This document shows, one piece after another, positions 35,341-49,560 of a DNA stretch of 64,000 nucleotides. Each line of letters begins with the position of its first letter. Positions within the stretch are counted from its first letter, which is position 1. Under the pieces are notes generated by a model. It saw only the letters and a list, made by a program, of their open reading frames with translations, had not been told where the DNA came from and ran no database searches. This DNA is from Lama guanicoe (taxonomy: Eukaryota). The stretch covers positions 1-64,000 of the forward strand of contig MU053994.1 of NCBI GenBank assembly GCA_013239625.1, written 5' to 3'. The position numbers were made by a program, and so were the translations under genes.

Positions 35341-38300
35341 TATACAGGGAAGTATAAATATTATTTCTTTAAATAAGTTTTCTGCTTATTTCTCTCTCTT
35401 CTCCTTCTAGGACTCTCATAATGCATATATTGGTCCTCTTTTTGATGTCCCATAATTTCCATATGCTTTTGTCACTGTTTTTCCATCTTTTCTTTTTATT
35501 CCTTTGAATGGGTAATTTCAAATGATCTTTTCCTCAAGTTTGCTCATTCTTTCTTATGCTTGTTCACGTCTGTTTCATCTAATGAATTTTTAAACTCAGT
35601 TATTACATTCATCAGCATGAAAATTTCTGGTTTTGTCTTTTTTATATTTTGTATCTCTTTGTTGGAATTCTCATTTTGTTCATGAATAATTTTCCTGATA
35701 TCCTTGAGCATCTTTATGACAGTTATTTTGAATTCTTTGTGAAGTAATTCACATAACCCTGTTTCTTTGATGTTGGTTTCTGGAGATTTATTTTGTTTCT
35801 TTGATTGGGCCATTTTTCCTTATTTCTTTGTGTTCCTTGTAACTTTGTGTTGGTATCTGCACAGCTGAAAAAACAGTCAACTCTCCCAGACTTTACTTAC
35901 TGACTTCTTACAGGGAAATAACTTCACCAATCAGACCAGCTAGAGATTCTTAAATCTTTTTTGTGGATGTATCTTCTCTAAACTTGTGCATGTAAATTCC
36001 TAATCAGAGAAATTTGCTGGTTTCTTTTTTCAGGAGTTTGTAATCTCTTGCTCCCTCTGTTGTCTGTCTGCTGTACTGCAGGTCCTCTGAAGCAGCAGCA
36101 TGCTAGACAGCTCTTTTTTGTTCTCAGAGGGCCCCTAGCATTAGAGTATGCCAGTTCCTGTCTATGCTCCAAAACAGGTGAGACAGAAACTAGTCCTTTG
36201 CGTAGCCCCCTGAAAACTCAGAATGTTGTACACACACTCCACTCCTTTCCCCCAGAGGAAGAACCCACCAAACTGTATCAGCCTCTGTCTAGTGTACTGT
36301 AGTTCCCCTGGAGCTCTAGTATGCCATCCAGCTCTTTTTTGTTCTCAGCAACCTCCAGGCATCCAGAGTGTGTTGGTTCCCACCAATGTTTCAAGACAGG
36401 TGAAACAGAAACCAGTCCCTTGGGCAGCCCCCTAAAAGTCAGAACATTTGAAGTAAGGTCCAGTCTTCTCTTTCCTTCCTAGGGGAAAAGCCAGAAGCTA
36501 GGAGTTTGCTCCAGATCACATGGCACTGTGGTCGGGAAAGAGACGATGGCAAAAGATGGTCACAGATTTTCCTATGGACTTCAACATGACTGGTTTCATG
36601 CTTGCCTTGGGTGCAGAAGCATCTTACCTAGTTTCTGGATTTCTCACAGAGGGAATTAATCCATGTATTGTTATTGAATCAGTATTTCTTTGGGAGGAAG
36701 GAAGGTCTGGGGCTTCTATTCTGCCATCTTGCTGACATTACTCTCAATACTTTCAACTTTTTTTAAATAGGAAAGAGAAACAAACTTCTATTGTACTTTG
36801 AGGGTTTTTTTTTTAACACATTTTTCTTTATAAGCAGCTAAATTTAACTTGAATAGATACAGATAGATGCCTGCTTTGGATGGTAGGTAATATTAGATGA
36901 AGTCTTAAAACTTTACAAATCTAGAATGATATAAATCTAAGATTCACATTGTTATTCTTCAACCAAATATTTTATGAAAAAGAGGAAGTTTTAGGAAATA
37001 CTGAAAATGTGTAAAAGTGTAGTTCCCAGGAAAGCAAATCCTCCTCTTTGATTTATTTTTGTTTTTACCCATAGGAAAACAATGGCTTTCATGATGTTTT
37101 GGTTAATTAGGAAGGACAGAACAGACGTCCAGATGTTAATCCCTTAGCTAGCCCCATACTCCACATCTTTCTTTGGTCTGGATACTAAGTCTGCATCAGA
37201 AACCCGAGTCAGCTTTATTAAATAAATGGTCTCATTTTATTTATATTTAATCATTTAGTAAATGAAATAAAGCCATTAGAAGAGATAACAGACCTCAGAT
37301 TTAAAAACAAATGTTGAGACAAGATAAATATCTCTGCTTTTCCGTGACATTTATCTAGCAGCAGGAACCTATTAGACTGTCATGATGTTTTATTCCATTG
37401 ACTTATCTCCAGGCTCTCTTTTATAGAAGGCCAATTTTTCGGATGCTTTTACACCCATCATTTATATGTACTTACTTATTTAACTCTTCTGCATTCACTA
37501 CTACTCTATGTCTGAATTCCAATTTTGTATGTCTCACATGAAACTCAAAGTCTAAATATACAGTGTTCTTGACCAAAAAAAAAAGGTTAAATGTCACCAT
37601 CTGAATAAAAATTAATTTTACTAAGTAGTGGTGGCCTGGAGATTGTTACGTGTAGGTTCTGACTGTGAATTTCAAGTAACCATATATGAGCCACTCACTT
37701 GTATGTTAAATAGAAAGATAACATTGATAATATTCCAATATATCTTAATTGAAATTAAAGACTGAAGATACTGATTGTTTTTTTAACTAAGTTTGTCTTA
37801 TATAACTTCCAGCCAATAATAAACCAAATTTCTCTATCAATCTTTCCAGAAGCAGCTCAAATAACCAAAACAACCAAAGACATCATGCAGGTTTTCTTTT
37901 CAAAGTTGTGTGAGAGTGGTAGAGTAGGGAGAAACTGTGGAAAGCTTCCATTGTATTTAAAAGATCAAAAACCACTGAGTCAAATATCCCCCTCATGTAG
38001 TGCCTGTTTATCCTGTCTTTGCAGACAAGCTCACCCACATGGCTTTATGTCACATGTTTTTAATTTTCTGACCACTCTTACCACTGCAGAACCAGATAGC
38101 CTTGAAAAAGATTAATATTATTCTGTCTTATGCATCAGCAACAAAATTTGTCAACTTGAATCTTTTTTACCGGCAATTACATCAAAGCTGAAAAACAGCA
38201 TGATTTCTTTTTTCACCTTAGAAGTTGAATTTGTTACACACAAAAAAAATCTTTAGGCTTGAAATGGAACATGTTTGATTTGGGAATCATTGAGAAAGAA

Positions 38301-38449
38301 TAAGCAAAACAACCCCCCCTCCAAACACACACACAACTCTTTTCTAAGGAGAACCAACTTAGAAAAAGAGGAAGATACAAGAGGTTAGGTGGTAAGCAGG
38401 CAGTGGGAATCCACTTCTTGAAGCAACTACATGCAGAATAATAATGATT

Positions 38450-39960
38450 TTGGAAAAATGCTAACATTTGTTCAGTGTTAGACTTCAAGTTATACCTCTT
38501 AACCATTCTGTGAGACAGATTCTATTGTTGTTACCAATTTATGGGAGAGAACAGAGGTTTAGAAAGGTTAAATAACTTTCCCAAGGTCACGCAGTTGGAT
38601 TTGGTGGAGCATGAATTTGACATCAGGTCTCATTTCTCAAGGTCTTCATCGCTCAAGACCTGTTCTCAATCAACTCTTGTCTCAATCATGCCCTCAAACA
38701 TGACTTCTACAACCTTTCCCAACATTTTCCTTGCTTCCCTCCCTACCTACCCAGCTTCTCTAAACAAAATCATGCAAACTACTTTAAATTATCAAAAACC
38801 TGAATTACTCCAGACTTCTTTCTTTTGCAAATGATAGTCACCCACTTGAGCAAAGGAAGAAATGTACTGGGCCCTATAACTGAATAGTCCTTCGGGTAAG
38901 GTCAGGTGCAGGTATGCCAATGATGTCATCAGGTAACACTTTTTGTCTCTTACTCCATTCTCCTTTCTACTATGTGGCTCTATCCTCAGCGAGCTTTCTC
39001 CTTGCAGTCATAGGACGGCCACCAGAAGCTGTAAGTTTAATCCTCTTACTTTAGCAATCCCAGCTTTCCCAATGTTTCTAGCCAAGAAAGCTCAGAACTG
39101 TTTCTCCTTGGGTAGGCCTGGGATATATGCCTCCTACCCTGCCTTGGGGACTTGGAAATGGTTTAGCTCCTCTCAAGTCACATGTTATGGGAATGGGGGA
39201 TGGTTGTCTCTCAAAGGAAATTCAAGATATTATTGACAGAATGTAATGGAACCTGGGTTGGTAAGCACAACAGAACTCATTCTGAAGTCTAGTTGCCTGC
39301 CTTTTCCTGTATTATCACTATATTAACCCATTTCCAAAGCTTATCTCCATTAGCCTCATTTAATGAGTCTTACTGAATTTTGAGTGCATCTTCAGGATTT
39401 GAGTGCTAAAATTTTACATATGTATATCACCCATAATAAGACCGTAAAGTCATGCTCAACAGTTTCAAAACTGTATTAGCCATTGTCCTTCCCCTCATGC
39501 CCCATATCCATTCTACTACCTGGATCCTTTGGCTTAGTGTATAGCACCTCCACTGGCCCAACTGTGCAGAGCAGAAAACAGCCATAATCTTTTACTCTTC
39601 TCCTACCTTACTCCGACATCTAGTTGGTCATCAAACCCAGTAAATCCTATCTGCTTAACATCTCTTGACTCCTACTAAGTCTCTCCATCCTTCCTTCTAC
39701 TGACATAGCTCAGATTTCCTCATTTCTTGATTATTCTACTTACCATCCCAACACATCTTGCTCCTTTCAAATATATTCTCCAATTTTCCAGAAAAATAAT
39801 CTTTCTAAATCACAAATAGGATCCCCTCACTCTCCTCTTTACAACCATTCAGTGACTCCCTGTTGTATGACTGCCATGGGTCTCAGTTTTGTCATTGTTA
39901 AAGGAAAGGATTAAATTGATGATCTCTTGGATCCTTCCAGCTCCACGATTCTATTAATCC
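38450..39960. mobile_element. MIR (-), MLT1-type LTR, L2 (+) and MIR core fragments
   Basis: aggttaaataactttcccaaggtcac (MIR); aatgtactgggccctataactgaatagtcc (MLT1); taatctttctaaatcacaaataggatc...ccattcagtgactccc (L2). Confidence 0.55.
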
Positions 39961-40984
39961 TTGCTAACCTAAAGTAGTCAATTTCTTTGGCCATCTGGTA
40001 ATGGATTTTTCTGCCTTTTGGATCATGGGCTGAGATCCAGGTTCTTTTTGGATATCACTCTTCATTGTACCTCATAGTAACGCTGGGCCAAGCTATCTCG
40101 AGAAGTCATCTCATATTGAAAACAGTTGGAAAAGTGTGAGCATGGGCATTCCAGAGTCATAATCAGAATCAATTATTTGAGATCTATCCAATCTTTTAAC
40201 TACAACTTCTTATATTCATGCAAATGTCTAGAAACTGACTGTATCAGAGAATAAACTCTATCTTCTATTTCTGACACTGGGACTTCTTCCAACAAGGAGA
40301 ACTATAGATGTAGAAGTAGACATGTTGGTTTCTCATAAGACAAAAAGCAAGAGTGTTAATGTATTATTCATTATTATGCTATTATTTGAAAGCTGTTGAA
40401 CTATGCCACCATAGGGATCCTTAATCACTCCTTTCCTTTTAATATTCTGAATATTGAAGTAAACCTTAGAAATGACTACATGCAGAAAACTGTTATAATT
40501 TTCAAGTTAAAGAATTTACTCTAACCAAATGAACACCTCCATCTCTACTTGCCGATATAAGGTAACTTTACACGGATTCATCAATTTAAGATAAAGGCAT
40601 GTCTGTTTTAGCACTGCCCCCTACAGCAATGATTTACTATAGTGCATTCAAATCGTATATCTATACACACACATTATAGTACCCATAGAAAATTAGTAAA
40701 TACACTTTTGTCATATCCAGTATGCTAGGGTGTGCATTATTATTTGCCTTGGCCAATGTGACTGATCAAACTGGGCTGCCTCTCCTTCAGATGGCGTGAT
40801 GAGTGCCAGTACACTTACTTATTACACCTAGTTTCTAATTCTGCCAGTACATTGTGTGATTACGTTTGACTTACAATGGCTAAAAAAAAAAAAAAAAAAA
40901 AAAAGGCTAAAAATTGATAATACTGGAGGTAGAGAAAAAGAGACAAGAAAAAGAATCAAATCCTATGTTAAAAATGCACATTTT

Positions 40985-42990
40985 GGGGGATTGAGCCAAG
41001 ATGGCAGAGTAGAGAGACTCATAGCTCGCCCTTTTCCACAAATAACACCAAGAATTACGCCTACAAACCCACTGAATCACACAGAACACCTACTTGGACT
41101 CTTGCAGAGTGTCTCTCACTTCGAAATACAGGAGGATTCTCACAAAATCCTGTAAGAAAAAAAGAAAAAACTCCATGCAAGACAGGTCCTACAGGGAGGG
41201 CGTGGTATAGGAAGAAAGACACCCTCACGCTGGGATGCCCCGTCTCCAGCCAGGAGGCCAGCGGGGACAGAAACAGAGCTTCTGAGGCTCGGAGGAGAAA
41301 GTGACAACCGTTTGGCAGACAGAACTAAGGGAAACTGCCACGGAGGGTCCCTGCAACCCCCAGCCCTAGCCGGCAGCCGGCAGGGACGAGCCAGGACTGG
41401 CTGTTGGAGATAGGTGAGGAGCCCAGGCAGAGGTTTAGGGCCCACTGCACAGAGGCAGCCTCAGGGGACTGGAGGGTGGTGTGAGCTCTGGCTGGGGGTG
41501 TGTGCGGAACTGCACAGCCTGGGACCCACATAAAAAGGCACCACTGTTGGTGCGGTGGGGGAGGGGCGCAACGCGGACGCACCATAGCCGCTGTCTCCAC
41601 TTGGCGCCATTGTTGGTGTGTTCTCGCGAGAAGAGAGGTGGGGCTTGGTCAAAGCAGGCACTGCTGCGGGGAGGCGGGGCTGAAAGCTGAATTCATACCC
41701 AGTGGCCCTGCAACTTCTTGGGCGGCACTGAGATTTCTTTACAGCTCCAGGCAGAGAGGGCGGATTTGCTCTCTCTGGGCCCTTTGGCATGAACAGGCAG
41801 TGAGCCAAGTTCTGACACACAGGGGCGAGTACAGGTATTTACAATGGGCTGGTGTACCATATCCTATGGGGAGGCAGGGGTCTGCGCCAACCCTGTGGCA
41901 CACTACAGATTCAGGTGTGTGACTGCATGCTTGCTACGGCGGGTCCTAGCGCCTGACATTGGTAGATCTGTACTGGTAGTTTCTGAGGCTCAGAACCTGG
42001 GGGACACCAGAGCAGGTGGCCAACGTTCCTATAGCTAAGGTGGGGACAAAGGCAGCGTCAACAAAGAGTACTTTGTAAGCCTGCATAACAAGCGACAGAC
42101 AACACCACAGAGGGCACTTCCCAGGGGACATCTCCTGCCTACTCTTTCCCAGATGAAGCACTCCAGCCCTGCCTACCACACACCACAGCTCAGAAACGGG
42201 TCTAGAAGCCTCTATTCCAGAAACAGGGGAACAGACCCAGCCCCTTCCCAGGCTGTGACAACCACAGAACAAAAAAGGAGGCCTCACTCAACAACAATCA
42301 GGGCAAGCTAATACAAAAGAAAACTATCAAACACTAAAAATAGACTTACCATATGATCCAGCAATCCCATTCCTGGGAATATATCTGGAGGGAACTTTAA
42401 TTCAAAAAGATACATGCACCCTAATGCTCATAGCAGCACTATTTACAATAGCCAAGACATGGAAACAACCTAAATGTCCACAGACTGGATGAAGAAGTGG
42501 TGGTATATTTATACAATGGAATACTACTCATCCATAAAAATAATAAAATAATGCCATTTGCAGCAACATGGATGGACCTAGAGAAGTCATTCTAAGTGAA
42601 GTGGGCCAGAAAGAGAAAGAAAAATACCATATGATATCACTCATATGTGGAATCTAAAAAAAAAAAAAGACAAATGAACTTATTTACAAAACAGAAACAG
42701 ACTCATAGACATAGAAAATAAACTTATGGTTACCAGGGGGAAAGGGGATGGGAAGGGATAAATTGGGAGTTTGTGATTTGCAGATACTAACATATATAAA
42801 ATAGATAAACAACAAGTTTATACTGTATAGCACAGGGAACTATATTCAATATCTTGTAGTAACTTGTGAAAAAGAATATGAAAATGAACATACATATGTT
42901 CATCTATGACTGAAGCATTGTGCTGTGCACCAGAAATGGACACACTGTAAACTGACTATATTTCAATAAAATATATATATATATGCAATC
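40985..42990 (+). mobile_element. Internally deleted young L1: full 5' UTR joined to the ORF2 terminus and 3' UTR, with 15-bp TSD
   Basis: Starts gggggattgagccaagatggcagagtag. TSD aaaaatgcacatttt at 40970-40984 and 42991-43005. Junction near 42325, after which the frame reads LKIDLPYDPAIP. Confidence 0.9.
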
Positions 42991-43061
42991 AAAAATGCAC
43001 ATTTTTACAGCTGCTTGTGCAGAGGGGTACGATCAGGAAACTGTTCAAGAAAGCAGAGAAC

Positions 43062-43501
43062 GCATTTGCAGCAACATGGATGCTCCTGGAGAATGTCATT
43101 CTAAGTGAAGTAAGCCAGAAAGAGAAAGAAAAATACCATATGAGATCACTCATATGTGGAATCTAAAAAACAAAAACAAAAACAAACAAACANNNNNNNN
43201 NNNNNNNNNNNNNNNNNNNNNNNNNNNNNNNNNNNNNNNNNNNNNNNNNNNNNNNNNNNNNNNNNNNNNNNNNNNNNNNNNNNNNNNNNNNNNNNNNNNN
43301 NNNNNNNNNNNNNNNNNNNNNNNNNNNNNNNNNNNNNNNNNNNNNNNNNNNNNNNNNNNNNNNNNNNNNNNNNNNNATAACTCACAAAAAATGTGACAAT
43401 GAGTGTGTATATGTCCATGAATGACTGAAAAATTGTGCTGAACACTGAAATTTGACACAACATTGTAAAATGATTATAAATCAATAAAAAATGTTAAAAA
43501 A
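43062..43501 (+). mobile_element. Young 5'-truncated L1 3' end with 12-bp TSD; contains N gap 43193-43376
   Basis: aaagcagagaac at 43050-43061 and 43502-43513; aataaaaaatgttaaaaaaaa terminus. Confidence 0.9.
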
Positions 43502-43574
43502 AAAGCAGAGAACAAAGCTCAGCCATTGGTTAGGAATTGGTGGAAGTTTTTCATATTATGAAGGGTATCACAGA

Positions 43575-44140
43575 CATCAATAAATATCTATTGAGCAAAT
43601 GCTGTGTCCCAGGCATTAATTGAGATGCTGAGGATAAAGCAGGGAACAACAGAGACAAGAACTCCTATCCTCATGGTGATTACATTCTAGTGGAGGGAGA
43701 CAGAAAAGGAAAAAGCTTAAATCAGTAAAAATACATAGTTATTAGACACTAATGAATGGTAGGGGGAAAGGTTGTAATTTAAAATAATAGCTGGGGAAGA
43801 TGTCATTGAGAGGGAGGTGAAAGGGCAAGCCATGAATATATCTTGAAGAGCATTCCAGGAAGAGGAAACGGCGTAGGAAACTCTAAGTTAAGGCTATAAC
43901 AAATGTGTTTGTGGAAATCAAGGCGGCCAGTGTGGCTGGAACTGAAGGAGAAAGAGGAAGAGGAAAAAGAGGATAAGTCAGGTAAATGATGAGGGCCAGA
44001 TGGCTGTGAGCCTTTTAGGCCATCCTATGAGTCTGGATTTTACTTTGTGGGATATTTGAAACATTGATACCATCAGTTAGAAGATCTGGCTTTTATCATT
44101 CCGGCTGCTATTTTGAGAATGGCCTATAGGGGGCAGAAGC
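43575..44140 (-). mobile_element. L2 LINE 3' fragment
   Basis: caataaatatctattgagcaaatgctgtgtcccaggca...cctcatggtgattacattctagtgg...gagcattccaggaagagg. Confidence 0.8.
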
Positions 44141-44921
44141 AGGAGAAATCTCCAATTAGGTTGCTAATAAATTGGAGATATATCTCCAAAGAAAATGTGC
44201 TAGAAGGACTGGACATAGCACTGATTTAGTTAGCTAAACCATTTCCAAGATGCACCCTTTGAGCAGAACTTTGGAAAACTTTCTGAAAGTACTTTTAGGA
44301 TGGTTTATACCATAAAATGTACTAAACCTTGTGTTGAGGTTTGACAGTTACACAATTACTGATTTTTTTTCCCTATTCACCTTAGATAGCGATGATTTGC
44401 ATAAGAGGAACCTGTTAATTTTAATATGTTTTTCCTGGATAGTTTTGCATAATTTTATGTGATTTCCTTGATGAACCCGCTAAAACTATTTTCCATCCAT
44501 CATTTTGCACAATCTGCATAATAAGGAAATACTGAGGAAGAACTGGGAACTGGGCAATTCAGCAAGATCACAGAAACCATGTGCTGGGAGCTGCCTGTCA
44601 GCAAATGCTGCTAGAGATTCTGTGAATATCAGGAAAAATCTTGCAGATAAGGGCAAAATAAATGGCTTTGGCAAGTTTTGTGTAGGCTGCAATTTCTTGT
44701 GGGGTCACTGCTACTTCTAAAGAGTCCAACTAGAATAATTATTTTGGAACACAACTTTCTGTGTGCCTGCATACTCGGTGCCTCCCTGCTCAGATTTCTC
44801 CATAACATGCCTCTTGAGTGCACTATTGATTACAAGGACTTTATGGCATTGGATGACCCATAGAGTGGGCAATATAGATGACAGCAGACTTTATTGCATT
44901 GGATAATAAGAAGCTAGCAGG

Positions 44922-45486
44922 ATGTTCTAGTTACCATTGTTGCATAGAAAATAACCCTAAAACTTAGTACCTTAAAACAACTATTTTATTTTATTCATAA
45001 TATTGTGGGTCAGGAATTCTGGAAGGGCTTGGGATGTTAGTTCTCATGGAGCTGTAGTCATCTGAAGGCTCAACTGGGCTGGATATCCAAGGTGGCTCAT
45101 TCACATAACTGTCAGCTGATTCTCTCAGCTGAGCTGTTGACCCAAGTACCTACAAGTGGCCTCTTCATATTGTCTTCACTTCCTCACAAAATGGCGGCCA
45201 CAAGTAGTTAGACTCTTACAAGGTGGCTCAGTGCTCCAACTACGAGTACTCCCACACGTAACATGGGAGCTCTATCGTTTTTTATGACCTAGACTTGCAT
45301 GTCATGCAGTGTCATTTGGATCACATTCCATTGGTTACAAGTTAAGTCCTAAGCCACTTAGATTCAAGAGGAGGGGGCACATCCCTTACCTCCTGATGAG
45401 AGGAGTGTCAAGGTCACATTGTAGAGGCCCATGTGGCAGAGCAGATATTGTTGGGGCCATATTTGGAAAATATAATCTGCTACCCA
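44922..45486. mobile_element. MaLR LTR (MLT1-type)
   Basis: tgttctagttaccattgttgcatagaaaataaccctaaaacttag...gggtcaggaattc...ggccatatttggaaaatataatctgctac. Confidence 0.75.
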
Positions 45487-45929
45487 GGGTTAGTTATTAA
45501 AAATAGAATGTGTGAAGTCACTGGATTCAAGGTAAAGTATAGAGGTCACCTGACTTTGTGGAGAAACAGACAAAGTGAGGAAGCAGGAACTGCAGAATGT
45601 TGACATTGTTGCATTCATGAGAGCAAAAGGATCCAAGGAAACCCTGGGAGTTCAATCAAGCCAGGATAAAGTTGCAAGAAAGGCTTCATTCTGCAGGCTG
45701 CACTCCAGGTTACCTTGCTCATGGTGCTCTTATGGCAACTCATTTATCATTTCACAAACTTTTAATGAGTGCCTACTACATGTGCCAGGGACTATTCTGG
45801 ACTCTTGGTGCATATCAGTAAATTAAATAAATGTACCAAAAAGCCCTACCCTCATGGAGAGTGTATTCTAGTAGAGTCATGATATTAAAATAAACAGAAC
45901 TGCTTGCAAATTAAGTAAATGACTATCAG

Positions 45930-46570
45930 AGGTGATGCCGCACATGGTCTAAATAGCTAGCTCCACCCTGAAGAATGTCCTGGGCTGAAGTTTTGCAGGT
46001 AATCGTGCAACAGAAAAAGTGCTGAGGTCTTTGGGAACGAAACGTACAGGTAATAGGGGTAATTTGTCCCATGAGTTTCAGAGGGCCTCTGGATACTGCT
46101 AGCTTCCTGCTTCTCCCAGATCAGGCTGTTTCACATCCATCCTGTGATCTTTGTTCTACTTGTGGGCATCGCTGTCTGAAAGAAAACCCTAGGAACCCTA
46201 ATAGTTCACCCCACCTTGTATACACACAATTTGTCATGTAAATTTGGAATTCCAGAAAGACACCCCCTGTTTCCTCATGTGACATGTCGATAAGGCAAAG
46301 AGCATGCCAGTTCTGAGACCAGACCCAGAGAAGTCTTGCATGTTTCCTCGTGTGCTCTTGCCCCTCTGCCATTGCCATTCAAGCCAGCTGGGAATGACCG
46401 GCTGGAGGATGAGAGACATGTGGACCAGAGCCCAGTTGACCTAGTCTCCCAAGCGACACCCGGCCCACCCCCAGCACCCAGCCAAGATCCCAGACGCATG
46501 AGCAATACACTTATTGTTATACACTACGAGATTGTGCGCTTGCTTGTTAGGCAGAATTTTTTGGCAATGG
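45930..46570. mobile_element. MaLR LTR (MLT1-type) fragment
   Basis: ccagttctgagaccagacccagagaagtcttgcatgtttcc...ggctggaggatgagagacatgtgg...attgtgcgcttgcttgttaggcag. Confidence 0.6.
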
Positions 46571-47714
46571 GTGCAGGGGGACACAACTAGGAATAAAGCA
46601 GAGCTCCTCCTCTTGGAGACCTGCTTCCAGGTTTACTTTGAAGCCAGTCAGCACAAACCCCTGTCATTGCTGCTGGTGCTACCTTGGTGCTGGGCTGGGT
46701 GGAAGGGTCATCAGAGTCAGAATGAACAGTCGCCTCTAGGTTGACGACCAGGGTGAGGTAGGGAGGGAGAAAGTGGAATAAGGCTTCATTTCTGCCTGAG
46801 AAGTTTTGCGTTTTATGTCTCCTTGTCTAAAGGGACAAAAATCACTTGTAATGCCTACTATGATTGGGGGATGAGGAAGAAGCCCCAAGGAGAAATGAAA
46901 CATTCCACTTGATCCTTTGATCTCCCTGGCCCGTCACACTCCCTGCTGAAAAGTGGACTGACTTAGCTTTGTATTATTATCATTGAAAAGAAACCTGGTT
47001 TTGGCACACTACAGGAGGATGGAGGCCATACCATCTACTCTGTGGAAGTGTCAGTCCTGCCAGTAATCTTAGCAAACTGAACTCCTTCTCCAGAATACAT
47101 CAAGCAAGGAGAAGGACAGAGGGGCAGGCTGTTTAATCTCTTCTTCCAAAACACTGTGACAATTAACACTTTTGAGGAAAAAAATTACCTCCAAGCAAAA
47201 GTGGCCTTTCAAGTAAGTGGAGTCGTTGCTCTCCCCACAAAGTGTCGGAAACTTTTCCATGAGTCACTTATTCTTTTGCGCCTTGCACACTCCCTAGCCA
47301 AATGCAAATACTCCTGGGAAAGGTGACCTTTTTGGCCGTCACTGGTCAACACTTTGGGAAAGGAAGAATTATTTTAAAACAGCTGAGCAAAGGAAAGGCA
47401 ATTCATGTGTGCAACTGTTCATTTTCCATCTTTCCCACTGGACTGTAAGCTCCAAGAGGTCATGTCCATTTTGTTTATCCATCTTTTTTCAGGGTCCAGG
47501 ATCATAGGAGACTCTCAAAAACCCTGGGATGGGGTGGGGGGGATGGGGAGGAAGAAAGCAGGAGGGAAGAACAATGGGAAGGAAGGAAAGGAGGGAAGGA
47601 CACAGAGAAAAGGGTCAAAACGATTAATTAATAATCTCAGCATCGTTTACCCTGATATTAACTAGTTAATGACCTCAAGATATTTATAGGGCCTTCACTA
47701 TGAAGGAACTGGAT

Positions 47715-47748
47715 GGGGGGGGCGGGAGGGGCGAGGGGGCGGGGGCGG
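47715..47748 (+). promoter_or_regulatory. G-rich tract with GC boxes; potential G-quadruplex about 1 kb upstream of the LANCL3 ATG
   Basis: ggggggggcgggaggggcgagggggcgggggcgg: five runs of at least 3 G and repeated GGGCGG. Confidence 0.5.
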
Positions 47749-48159
47749 TCTCTGGAAGAAAGACCGAACCCTCATCCCTTACCTTATCCCGGTGTGCTTC
47801 TTTGAATTTTCACTTCTGTATACGCCAAGAAAAACAACAGGACAGCCAAGGCCGAGAGAAAGTTTCCCTATGAGGCATTTCACCGTTTTAATGCATGAAA
47901 CGTGATGCATTCAAATCCCTCCGCCTTTGGGGTGAAACACTCAGAATGAGAACTCCAAAGTGACCAAGATGAAAACCAAGTTTCAGGAGGGCACCCAGTT
48001 TTTCCCCCGGAACTCTAGACTAGTTCAGTGGCTTCTCAATCTTTAACGTGCGTGCGAATCACCTGGGGATCTTGCTAAATATGCTGATTTTGATTCACTA
48101 GTCTGGAGCAAAGTCTCTGCTGCTGCATCTTTAATATGCTCCTAGGTGATGCTGACTTG

Positions 48160-49560
<1,401 letters not shown>

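Larger units (their letters stand above)
27860..36746 (-). mobile_element. Long older L1 (5' UTR, ORF1, ORF2 to the RT region), interrupted by three nested insertions
   Basis: 5' end reads gagagtaatgtcagcaagatggcagaatagaagcc on the minus strand. ORF1-like ORF at 35544-35813 (KEFKITVIKML) and ORF2-like ORF at 27761-27991 ([19 protein letters not shown]). Host segments 27860-28773, 29404-29591, 31748-33305 and 35355-36746 are collinear. Confidence 0.9.

Noticed and set aside
40878..40913. A23 run flanked by ggcta as a solo poly(A) retro-insertion
   Set aside because: The putative TSD is too short and ambiguous; slippage explains it equally well.
41140..42287. Cluster of 64-140 aa ORFs and a CpG-rich patch as a second gene or promoter
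   Set aside because: All lie inside the 5' UTR of the TSD-flanked L1; no protein similarity recognised.
43146..43484. ORFs containing X runs (also 19110-19298)
   Set aside because: Artefacts of translating through assembly N gaps.
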